In this document: positions 27,979 to 40,315 of the stretch, piece after piece
Position numbering within the stretch: position 1 is the first letter of the stretch
Layout of the letters: each line of letters opens with the position of its first letter
Origin: Balanoglossus misakiensis
Lineage: Eukaryota; Animalia; Hemichordata
NCBI GenBank assembly: GCA_040954595.2
Contig: CM082593.2
Span: forward strand, 5,659,434-5,723,433
Length of the DNA: 64,000 bases
Direction of reading: 5' to 3'
Notes under the pieces: model-generated
What the model saw: the letters and a program-made list of their open reading frames with translations, nothing else
What the model was told of the DNA's origin: nothing
Databases searched by the model: none
Program-made: the position numbers and the translations under genes

Positions 27979-30900
27979 TTAGTATTTCTGCTCTGTGTAT
28001 CAACTTCCTTTCCCTGTTCTATTCACTGAAGCATGTTTAACTCCCAATATTCTGCTTGAGAACACAGACCATGTATGTCTAACAAACAGTGTCATTGTCG
28101 ACAAACGTCAAGTGACAGTTTTGTGGCCGTACGTTCATTCACTACAACTTTTTTCTTAGGCAGGTGTGGTCAAACTGCGTTCTGTAAAGGAATTAGGCCA
28201 AGGGCAATTTGATATGACCGAATGTAACTCAAAGTGAAGTGCATGTACAACTTTTTTTTTTCTTTTTCAAACATCTTGCACTACAGACTTTCATACCTAC
28301 CTGTACCGGTATGATTGACAAGAGTATCTAGTTTGTTCACTGTCATTGAAATTGAATTATGGATCATTGGCTTAATCTTTATTCCCCAATACGACCTTCA
28401 AGGTCAAAAACAAACATATTATGCCCTATAAAAAGTACATGCAACTTTCAGCCCGAGGGGATTTTTTCGATCATTTGTCGATAGGTCAGAGACTCAGCAC
28501 TGGTGAGAAAAATTCCGTCCACAAGACACAGCTGTATATTGCTTAATTACATGTACTAGATAAGGTTTATTACTTTAGTTTCTAAATTTAATCTTTATTA
28601 GCCGCAAACATTTAGTGGAGTGGCAGCAATATCTTAACGACTAAAACAGCAAGTTGTCTAGAAACCCATTACCGGGTAAGAATGAATTATTTCTTTTTAT
28701 CAGATTCACTGGTGAAACCAAACACACAAATATTTCAAAAGTCTTTTCCTTTTTACCAGTGCAAATATAAGAAACAAATGGCCATGAAATGTTTATTTCA
28801 TAGTGAGAGTTTACCCTACTGGTCCCGAAAAATAAAATTAAGTGATCCGTAACAATCTGCCCAAACACGCATCAACAAATACTTCTTCGACTGTTTTATC
28901 TTTATAGTCATTGCTGCAATGCAGGCGCAATAATTAACATGTAATGGTTGAACACGCAATCACTTCCGACATTCCAAGTGATTTCTTGGACGATTTCTTT
29001 TTTGCCGGTTTCTCGAATCGGGTCGGCATTTTTCGTACGGTTATCGGACGGTTCACGAACATCTACGCAGCATTGCGCAAACTGATCAATTTGGTGGGCA
29101 TGTCTTTAATGGTCCACCTTGAGAAATGCGTTGTTTGCTCTGCCAGGCATTGAAGAAAAGTCGCTCCTGACAAGAGGGTGCTGCCAATTCATTCACGCCA
29201 GCTATGAATCATTCATACTCGCACAAAACCATTTCCACGGGAACAAGGATGTGAATGACAGCGAGAACACTCCCCAAGATTTACGCTTAAACAACTTGGT
29301 CATGACCTAGAATTCTCTTGCTGATCCCAATTACTGTACTGTTACCGGTGGCTTAATACGACTTCTGGTCAACCTGTCATACATAGAATATTATGAAGCT
29401 CTAATACAATATTTAGTCAAAATTTGTTGGTCAACTTTAGACAACTTTGATATACATCTGCATAACTGACTTGTATAATTCAACCAAAAACTCCGACAGG
29501 GCAAAATTTAGTCTTACCAATAACTTTGATCTGAATTAAAATACAAACTCATCTCCTCAAAAACATTTCTTTTCACTGATTTGCAAAGACCTTGATATAC
29601 AGATAATGGTTTTGAGGACGTCATCGGCATTGAAACACTGTGGGAGTCTCGCACAGCAAACACGTCATATCAAAAAGACGTCATCAGACTAAAGAAAATT
29701 AGCGACAACAAATTCTTTGCTGCGATGTACATCGTAATGAAAACTTACATGTTAGTCGCAGTTATCATGACCAGGCTTGAATTGCACTGTTGCGATGCGC
29801 TGAGTATGGACTAGAAAGTCACCCACAAGCTCAGTCCTGACAGTGGCCACCCTTTGATAAAGTCGATACATTTTGATGCAGCCTTAGTTATCATTTGGTT
29901 ATGCAAGTATTTATTTAAATTGACAATCTGATGAATTATGGATTGCGCTCTAATGATTACCCCTGCATAGACAAAGCACTTGCATAAATCATCAATGTCT
30001 TTTCTGCCTATGGGTGTGTAGAACATTTATGGTAAAGTCCACTAACCCAGGCCCAGCAGGCTGAAAAAAATTGGCCCTTTCTGCCATATCTATCATGGTC
30101 TGTGTATGCTTCGTCTTATATTAAAACATCGTTTTTATATAAAAATTAAACTGAAGTGTTTCCTTTTATACAGTGACAGAGTGAATGACAAAAATAAACG
30201 ATAACTTCACATAAACCTGGAATTACTGACGGTGAGAGAGCAACTATCTGTGACTATTTACTTTGGTTAGTATTAATCAATTCGTGTTAATAATTTATTT
30301 GAATGATATTAAGTTGTTGTTTGTATTCACTGTTCATGGCTGCCATTTTGAAACACAGAAAGGTAACTTAAAACAACTAAGTTTATGGACTTGAATAAAA
30401 CGTAAACTTGTACTTGACTTGATTTCAATCCTGCAACTACAGGTTGAGCGACCTTTATACAGTTGTAGAGAACGACAAACTGCCCAAGTTTACATTGGGA
30501 GTTTAATTAACACTACACATGTGGTAGCGATGGATTTACGGGTTGTTATGGCCATGTGTACTGTGAGTGGACCATGGTACCATAACGGAGAGCAAAAAGC
30601 AGTAACCGAAGTGTAATGACTGGCATATCACGTCGCACATTTGAGGCGACCTTGAAGTTGAACCTACAAGTAATAATGTGCCACTGAATATTTATATTCT
30701 GCATAAAATTCACATTCAATGTCAGCGAAGCGGAGGCTCAAAATGGGGAGTACGCATCATCACGATCGCCGCTGACTACGATAAGAAAAGTCGCTGTAAA
30801 AATGTCCACCCTGAAGGAAATGGACACGGATTACATAACACATCTGTCACAAATGAAAGGAAGTACCGACTTGAACGTGTTTATTTCTGCTTTGTACAGG

Positions 30901-33900
30901 AAGACGCGTACGCGACGTGTGCGCGCGCGTACGCGCGCAAGTTAACCGGTCTATCATATGTACAGAACAACTGTGAAGTTTGTCTTCATTCATCTCCTAC
31001 GAACAAATGCCGTGATACGATCGCCACACCTTCAAAATTTTTCTTTTCAGTACGATAAAATATGCAGCAGTGCATTATTTCTGCGAGTATATTGAGCTTA
31101 CGTAATCACCATCCGCCATCCAAGTTCGGACAGATGGAGCCTTCGAGCGTCGCTCACTCACTGGCTGAAACTCAGCTGATGAAATTACACAACCAACGTC
31201 GCAAATTACTCACCATTCATCAGATCATAATATTCGGGTCACAAAGATGAGAACATTCCGAAAGCGACCAAGAACTACGCTGAGATATTGACGCCTGCAG
31301 GCTGCCAATCACGTCCCTCTAGTGATGAATGAAGATGTAGAATAAATGTAGTGATCACATGCTCTTGACCGAGCCTCGACCTGGCTAAATTTACTATGAG
31401 GTCCCTCCAACCGTCAAATAATCTGCCGTGAGCGCGAGTTTCGTTCCTTCAATTCAGCTAGGAGGAAATTTACGCATGAAAACAGGAGCAAACGTATATT
31501 CTTTCATTTATAGTAGCGACAGGCGAACGCAAACTATCATGTTTTAACAGTAAGCACGCGGGCGCGTGTACGCGTGTGAGTTACTTATTAAAAATGTGGC
31601 ACATTTCGTTGAGGGCACTGTACCGTGTCGTGGAAGTGTAAAACAAATGTTTTAAAAAATACATGTGTATATATTCAAGGTTTTCAGAAGTGTTAACAGA
31701 AGGAAAAGTGCCTAAATTCACAAGGGTTGCCCCGGAAAAGATACTTCAATACAATTTGGGTACGGGTGTGTAGCCCCCTGGCTGAATATATTGGCCGACT
31801 TTGGCCGTGCCGCGCAGTACTAGTATTTCACGCAAATAAAGGTAGTGCGCACGTAACACACAATAAACCAGAGCTATACAATTACTGTCCCCTTTTCGGT
31901 AGCCTGACCCTGATTTTCTGCCGCCGTCGAGAGCGAGTGTCACATAACACCCCGGGGGACGGCGCTATCAATGCGAGTGTCACAGAACCTGCAGGACAGC
32001 CGCCCATTTGTGTCATGCATGCAGGCCTGTAGCTAAATAGCAAACATGTTATATTCCTTTTCACATTCAGAAATCAGTATACATGTACCAGCCCAAATAA
32101 TGGATTTTTATGTGGCTGTTTTCGACGAACGTCCCTACTCTACAAAGAATTGTCAGTGTCCTCCTCAAAGTCATGGAAAGTGGTACATTTTCCCGAAGAA
32201 AACAACAGAACAATGTCTTGTTTTTTATAGAGGGCGCTATGTTTGTATGTCTTTAGGAGAAACGAATCCGTACTTTGCGGCAAATTTTCATGGACATTTG
32301 ATGATGATATACAGGTATACTGGGAATAGTGTTTTTTATCACCTCGCCTCAATAATAGACTAATTGAACGCCAATATGTCTAATAAACATCGTTACCTTG
32401 CCAACTTATTAATCGAGTAACATTTACCATAATGAAACCGTGTTCAGCGGTGCATGACAAAATAACTACAACGGTTAGGCCTGAAAACTAAATAATTTGC
32501 ATTCTATGACTTTAGAGCTTGATAAATGTTTGAATTAGTGATGTTTTCTCGTTTAATACGGCTAATTATAAGTGAGTATCTCAGAACCGTTGACCCTAAA
32601 TTATGGCAGATTTTAATCAATAAATTACCCAGGGGTGTTGTCCGGATGCCGGTCGCCAGGACAACAAGATGAATTCATCAACAACTGAGACGCGACGCGA
32701 TGAAGTTACTTGAGGACGCGGTTTAATGAAAAGTACTCGGCACGGTGTACAGACACATGCTTCTGACGTCATAGCCAACTGGAAGATGGCAATACTTTCA
32801 ATTCCTTGTACATCCTGGTCATTCGTTAGACATTTCACTGCAGATAAACGGCTATAAGCGGAGATATAAGAATTCTGCCTGTGCAGGAGATGAACGGGTA
32901 TATGAGAAAGGCTCACTTCGCGGAGGTCGAAAGGTGAGTGGAAATACTTACACGCTAGAAAGATCTGCAGTGCAATTTACGTGTCACTCATAAAATATGA
33001 GTGTAATTTGCCGAACATTTATCGGTTGTATTGTCACGTATCACCTCAAGTGATCAAGGTGCGTGGATAATTTGCCGACTGTTCAGTCTGTCGCTGTTCT
33101 GTATTGCTTGCAAGAAGTAGATATTTTGGTTGATTGAACACGGAAACGCGCTGTTTAACTCCCCAAGACTGGTCACTTGCCAGCCACGTATGTCCTCTGG
33201 TGATAATCTATCCAGTAATCTGCCTCACGCATCGGTGTATTATAGAAACAATTTCAGTTAATATCAGGAAATATACAATATTATACTATAATATAATATA
33301 AGACAGTGTAGTTATTAAGGCTCAGTATCCTATATGGTTAGTATTGTGCATGAACTTATATGTAGACACGTCAACCGTCTAAAACACCTGTTTCAAAAAA
33401 GGACAACTTTCTCATTTTTTTTTTGTAAAACAAAGAGTTGTGGATTTTATCAATATTCACAATTTGCTATAATATGTAGTGTATTTTGACGGAGAAGTTA
33501 TGAAAAGCCCTGACATTTGTCTCGAGAAAAAATATCCTTAAAAAGTAATTTTGTGTTTCTCCGCAAGAACGGTTTCCATTGGGGGAAATGAATTGCGTGT
33601 CCTTTGTTAAAATTAATTAACAGAATATCATTAATAAAAAGTCGAATATACATTATTAGTTTTAGTCATATTCGGTTTCAAGGTGAAGAAAAACCCACGG
33701 GAAATTCGCGCAACTGATTGTAAGACAACGCACTGCAACTCTTATACAATGTTCCCGTTTTTCTCTTGAAGCGCTAACGAGACGACGGTGACAGGAATAT
33801 ATATAGGCTCTGACTCGGACAAGAAATATAGATTAACGACAATTTCAGGAAAGTCGAATTACCATTTCGGAGTAACGACAGTTTCACGGAAGTCAAATTA

Positions 33901-34395
33901 TCAGATGGTGAAATGATCACACTCACACGCGGTCCATAGCAACGGCGTTTGCTTTTATCTTGTTCTCGTTTATTATATCTTCACAAGAAGAGTGTGGCAA
34001 AAGGGCATCCGCGAGACATGATTCGACATTTTCTCTCAAAAAATGCTGCTCACGTATAATTGCATGTCTAGGACTTGATTGCCGTGTGTTTATAGGCATT
34101 TCGAGTTTTAAAATCGTTGATTCGTTTCACGCAATGCTCAATGTGTCGCCCAGTTGATTGACGTGGATGCATCGCCCACGGAGGGGAAATGAGGTTACTG
34201 GTCTCCGACGTGAAATTACTGCGCGATATTGTATAATAGCTTTCTAAAAATTCATTTCCGTTTTGACGAAATCCGAAGATTGGATGCGTGACTCTCCTTG
34301 TCTTCTTGCGACAGTTTACCAGTTTACATCACAGGTTCTGCGTTCTTCAACAGTTTTTACCTTCAAGTTTCTGTCTCTGTTGTTTGCAGGCGGAT

Positions 34396-36561
34396 ATGAG
34401 TTCATCCGGGGACTATGCGCCGAGTGACGACGACGCGTCCGAGCAGACAACGACGGCGTCTACAGCATCATCGGACGCGAACCATGACAACGCCGTATAC
34501 ATAGCAATATGCCGGAGACTGCAAGTCGTCCCATCATCAAAATTCATGAGAACTGTAAGAAACAAAGAACATTTCTTGAATCTCAAACACTGTGGTATGT
34601 CAGCGAAAGATATGAATGCAATTTCCACTGCGTTGGTAGTAAGTAAACATATTTTACTTTCAATTCAAATATTGACATCGTGTTAGGCTTCATCAAATGT
34701 TTGAAGTGCAAATTAATGTTTTGTGTCTTCATATACATGTTGACTTATATGTTTGCATACATGCATGCATACATACATATTTACGTGCAAGAAAAATGTT
34801 GATTGTGTGAAATTTGATGTTTTTCCAGAGAAATTTGGTAATAACTGATCTATGTTTATCGGATAATCGCCTGGGCAAAGATGGAGCAAGACACGTCGCT
34901 GATATGCTGACAGAGAATGCTTGCATTTCAGTTTTGGTGAGTAGACACGGCGATTCAGAAATATGAGTACACGTATTAGTAAGAGAGTGACCCTTTTTGT
35001 TTGTCTATTTATTTATTTGAACATGTTGATTCATTTCTGCATTTCCTCTAGCTCATGTTTCGCCTTTATTGTCGTTTCAGGATATTTCTGACAACAGTAT
35101 AGGATCGGAGGGAGCCCGCATGGTTTGCGATATGATAGCTGAGAATAACTCATTAACTAGCCTTAATTTGTCAGGTAAAGACCTTTAGGCGGGAATTTCT
35201 CGTATTAGAAGGTCATTCCGTCAATCCATTATACCTGCAAGTACCTCATAATACGTCAAAGACTTTACAGTGGGTTTGCCGACTACTTTGTCAAGTGTCA
35301 AATTGACTGCAAAGAAATTTCCGCCGCGTGAACGAACAATTGTCGTCGACTTGACGTTTTTGTTTGCAGAATTCGTGGGTTTAATGTTTGTTCTCGGATC
35401 GCCGTGGACAGCACGAGTCTCGAGCAAACTGAAAGAAAATTGGGAAATAGTCATTTCTTGTTTATCAGATACTTGAACACTCCTGGCTCGGAGTGTTGAA
35501 TTTTGAAATGTAATCCAAAGCTGATGAAACGGAAAGGTTTAAGTCTTGCTTGGCAATTTCCTGTAAAATAAGGTTTTCAGGAATAATAACGTCAGAATCG
35601 TTTAATGTTTATAGCTTTTTTCCGCACAAACTATGAAGGGAGTCAATCATTTGCAACTCTGTGTGATTTCGCAGCCTGAAAACATCTTCCAAATTTTCAA
35701 GGGTAGTTTCCGAATTACCATTCGCACGACACAGTCTTTTACAACGTTGAATTGCTATTCATTTGCGACAATGGGCCAATATATTTCAACCATTTTCGCT
35801 TGATGTTAACACCCCGGTTGATGAAAGCGCAGCAATACATAGGAAACAGAATACAAAATACAGTGTCACAGCTATAAGGACAATTAGCACAGCAAGTTCC
35901 AATAGGCGACATGCAAAATTTCAATTCACCGTATATGCACCACGCACCGTGTTAAACACTGCCAACTCAGAATGTTGATCATAATATGCTGTTATTTTAT
36001 TTCTTCAGGAAACAACATTAAAAATCAAGACGGGAAATATTTTTCAGATCTTCTCAGGGTAAGATTATATAAATTGTTTAAGCTCACGAGCGTGTGTGTT
36101 TTGTTCACAGGCGAGGAAGCAAACTTTAGGACGGGTACACTTACAAGTATTATGTCTGAATAATATCAGTTTGACGTGGATTTGGAAAGCCTGGTTTCAG
36201 ACAATTATATTTGCAGCGTTTGCTGATTGCAGAGAAAACGTTTCTGGTGAGACGGGCAAGGCAATCTTTCCCTTTCAAGCAAAACGTCAGTTTCCTGCTG
36301 TGAAGAAAACGTAGGCTGCTTTGTGGCCTTTGACGAACCTGATTAACGATAACCTTTCTGACTTTTCTCCTGATGAATGTAGAATCCACGGTCTGCCAGA
36401 TTGGTTGATCTGAATCTCAGTCATAATCACATCGAAGAATCCGGCGGACAACAGCTTGCTCTAGCCATAAGTAAGCTTGATAAATTGATTCAAGTTTTGA
36501 CAGCTGTTCAGATTTTGTATCAAAAGAAATATTGTACTACTCCGCCAATTGTGTCTCTCTG

Positions 36562-36612
<51 letters not shown>

Positions 36613-39268
36613 CTCTACCTCTCTTACTCTCTACCTCTACCTCCCTCCCCCTCTCTCTCGTCGACATCTCAAGAAAGACCGATCAGATCTGTACCAACGG
36701 ACGCGGACATGTAACCTTTCGAAGCGACAAAGATAGTTAGATTTTGGTGGGCGTATTTCTGTTAGTGTCCGTTATTCTTTGCAAATAGGCTTGCGATCAT
36801 TTCGAATTCTGTATGTACACATATAGGCCAAATCAATGATTGGTAATCCGTATCGTGAATGGTGGTTTCTGATTTCCAACAGAGCACAACAGGTGGTTGA
36901 AGACACTGAACTTAAGCTGGAATCACATCAGACGGAAAGGGGCGACGTCAATCTGCAAAGCGTTGAAGGTAAATGTGTATGCAGCTCACGGCACCGGTGT
37001 GCTCTCAAGACAAGGACTGTAATCGCTTTGGTTAAAAGCCATGCATACGTGATGTCTCTCTGCACATCCATCCTCTTGTGAGATGAGGACACCTAACTCA
37101 AACATTCGCCATACTTGTTTCGTGTTTGCGTTCAAACATAGACAGTAGACTTTACTGCCCATGGTTTAAATATAGAAGTAATTATTGCCCGCATTGTGTC
37201 GTGTTTATTTTACGTCGTCTGCTTATAGAAACGCTATATGAATAATTGATCGCTGTATATTCACACCCACCATGAGAGATAATGATAATTAAAGCCATAA
37301 GTAGGGATGTACGGGCACCATAAGTGATTGTGCTATTGAAGTCATTCAACCGTGTATAGTTATAGCTGAAACAGTTGCTTTTCGGCAGGTAGACCTATTA
37401 GTGAGTTGAGTATAGAATCTGACCAAAATCGATATTAACCTGTCCATCATTCCATTCATAGGGTTGGGATTGTATGACGGTGAGACGAGATAGCCCGTGT
37501 ATAGGCTATCTCATAGTATTACATGCAAAACATTGCCATATACATGTAACGCAAAACAGATCATTATCATTTAGATTATAAATTTTATAAGAACTCTTTC
37601 TATATATTTCACACTTTATTTCAATTAATTAACCACCCTTCAGTTGAACCTCGTTTTGACGGACGTTGACCTATCGTGGAACGGATTGGGCGATGAAGGC
37701 GCTGTCCTGATAGCTGAAGTGCTGCAAGAAAACGCCATCTTGTTGTCACTCAGCGTTGCCTACAACAGGTTCTCCATCAAGGGTATAAACGTCATCACAG
37801 AGGGACTGAGACGAAATAACACTCTTCAGATATTCAGGGTAATTTCTCTTTTATTTACAGAGCATAAAGTTTTTTCGGCATTTATTGGAATAAATGTCGA
37901 TATCTTCTTATCTTTTTATTGAAATAAATGTCCATATCTTTCTATCCAGAAAACTTGTTAATTAAAATGTTATAATTTCAGATTTTTTGTCAAATTTGTT
38001 ATCACTCTGCTTTAAGGTTGGTGGCAACATGGTCACACATGCCGGATCGATGGATTTGTTGACCGTACTGGAGACGAATGTCGAAACTGCAATAGTTACA
38101 CTGGATCTTGGCGTAAGTGTTCCTCGTGAGAATTGGCTCTAATAATTATTGTTGATACCTGAAAATTGCACATAGACCTTTATGCATTACAAAACAGACC
38201 AGTGTAAATGTCGAATAATATTATATTCTCTTAATCTGAGCAGGACTCGCCGGTTAAACAAGAATTCGTAGATCTCTTGGATGAGCTCAGGAGCGAACGA
38301 CCGGAGCTGGACGTCATCTACGGTTGCCTGGTGACAGATTTTGACTTGTATGCCATTCTCGCTAGAGGGCGCAGTAAATATCCGGTCAACCCGATATGTG
38401 TGTTGCGGGACTACATCGTCGACAATGGTTTAAGATGCCATGATTTATTCTATCGTTTCGACGCTAACAAGGATCAGATTGTCACCAGGACAGAATTCAG
38501 AAAAGGGATATTGGTAAGGAAGGGATAGAAACTCAACGTCGATAGCTAAAATCTACCTAGTTCGATTAAACGCTGATCAGACTTGTAGAATGCCGAAATT
38601 TAGGTTTATTGTACTTTTTTGTGAATAATTTAATATTCTCTCAGGCTGATGACCCCTGCGTCGGTAGCAGAGACAACACCATATCGTCGACGTCATTATA
38701 AAAGTAAAACTAAACAACAGAAAACAAAACAATAAGTGTAGTGCTTTTATTTTTTTTCTAGAAGACGGGCTTGCCACTGTCGGCTGCGGAGCGTGGTAAA
38801 CTTTACAGACGAATCGATAAAAACAATCACGGATTCTTTGAATACAGGTAAGGGTTGGTCAGATCTGTCTATGCAAATATAAATTGTGCCAAACATGGTT
38901 CACATAGCATAATTCTGGAAATTGAGCATGCTTTCGAAGGGGTGGGGTGTCGAACAAGGAACTGAAGTTGATAGCCCAGCACCACAGAACAGAAATGCTG
39001 AAAAAATAGCAAAAATTTGCATCTGGTGTCCCTTTAATGACTTTTCATTCAACACGAAGAAAATTGAAAAATTACAAAATATTTTATTCCGTTACGTTTG
39101 TGGCAGACTCTTAGACTATCATGTTCACGCGTTCACAGGGAGTTCGCGGAGGTGTTTGAAGAGCGCGTACGGAATGAGAGAAGGCGGCGTCTTCGCGTCC
39201 ATCTCGACGCTAAGGAGCCGCGGGAGCCGACGCCCCTTCCGGACTCCGACGAAGAGTTGTTGGCGTAG
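34396..39268 (+). CDS. LRRC74: LRRC74-like protein: RI-type leucine-rich repeats plus a C-terminal EF-hand pair, 11 exons, ~481 aa (start codon uncertain)
   Basis: Exons 34396-34638, 34829-34936, 35081-35174, 36009-36058, 36383-36470, 36883-36968, 37644-37838, 38017-38112, 38244-38513, 38762-38847, 39139-39268 (1446 nt). LRRs such as LNLSWNHIRRKGA and VDLSWNGLGDEGA; EF-loops DANKDQIVTRTE and DKNNHGFFEYRE. Confidence 0.8.
36564..36610. repeat. (CT)n microsatellite with (CTCTAC)n tail
   Basis: Read directly from the sequence; intron of the LRRC74-like gene. Confidence 0.95.
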
Positions 39269-40315
39269 TGATACAAGTGGAGAAACAGTGACTCGGGCAC
39301 ATCAAGGAACAGTTTGTGGGGATAACTGACGTCATCATTCCGTCCATGGCACAATCATTTTCAACCACAATATCATCCACGCATCTCCGGGAGACCACTG
39401 CAGAAAGTATCTCTAACCTCACGGAATTGAGAACAGAATACTATTCATTAGTGATAGATCTGCCAATTTATTTCTGTCAAAATTGTTTTCTATTTGTTGA
39501 TAACACTTTATCAATATGACTCGTTTTCAAAGGGAGACGACGAGTTTTAATGGTTCACTACACGATTGCTCAGTGCAGGCATGGCACTGGATTTACTTGA
39601 CTATCTGTTTTATGCACACAGAAATACAGTTACAATGTTACAGAGTTAATTATATAATAGATGGGCAATGCGCACAAATAAGTGTAAGAACTTTTGCAAA
39701 GACAAGTTTTGTCGGAACAGATAGATAAATATTATGCTACACTTACCACAGAGATGACTTACTTTGGATAAGACTTAGTCCCGCCCTCTACGACGGATAA
39801 AGCAATATCTTTCTTTTAATTTCGCAAAGATTCGTCGTAAACATGATATGGAATTACATACGTGGCTGGAAATAAAGCTTTTGTCATCAAAGACGTACGT
39901 CTTGTTTCGATTCTGAAAAGGCATGACCCTTGTAGTTATCGCGAGTCGGGAATTGCACGCAACACATGTCGGCCAAGCGAGTAAACACAGTGTCATTGGA
40001 TGAAGAAGATATGTGAATATTCATGAGGAAGGTCGAATCCAATTGTGATAGAGTGAATGTTATGAGTTGAGTGTGTGTAGTGAAATGGCGTGACTAACAT
40101 ATAACCTGACCGTGGCTGCCAACAACGCAAAGTCCGTTTTTAAGGGGAGAGTAGCCGTGTCCGTTTCTATGGCAACCGCCAATTCGTGAATTCAGGCAAC
40201 CCGCTGTCAGTTCACCGTCGAAAAGGGGGATCCACCCGGGAGAACAGCGCAGTTGTACGGACTGGTGTGCCGAAGCGAATAGCCCTGAGACCGATCGAGT
40301 GAATGGCGTGAGAAT

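Noticed and set aside
27330-34380. Hidden gene or transposase in the 7-kb region between the SMS-like and LRRC74-like genes
   Set aside because: Only short ORFs with no recognisable domains or consistent exon chain; most likely 5' UTR introns and promoters.
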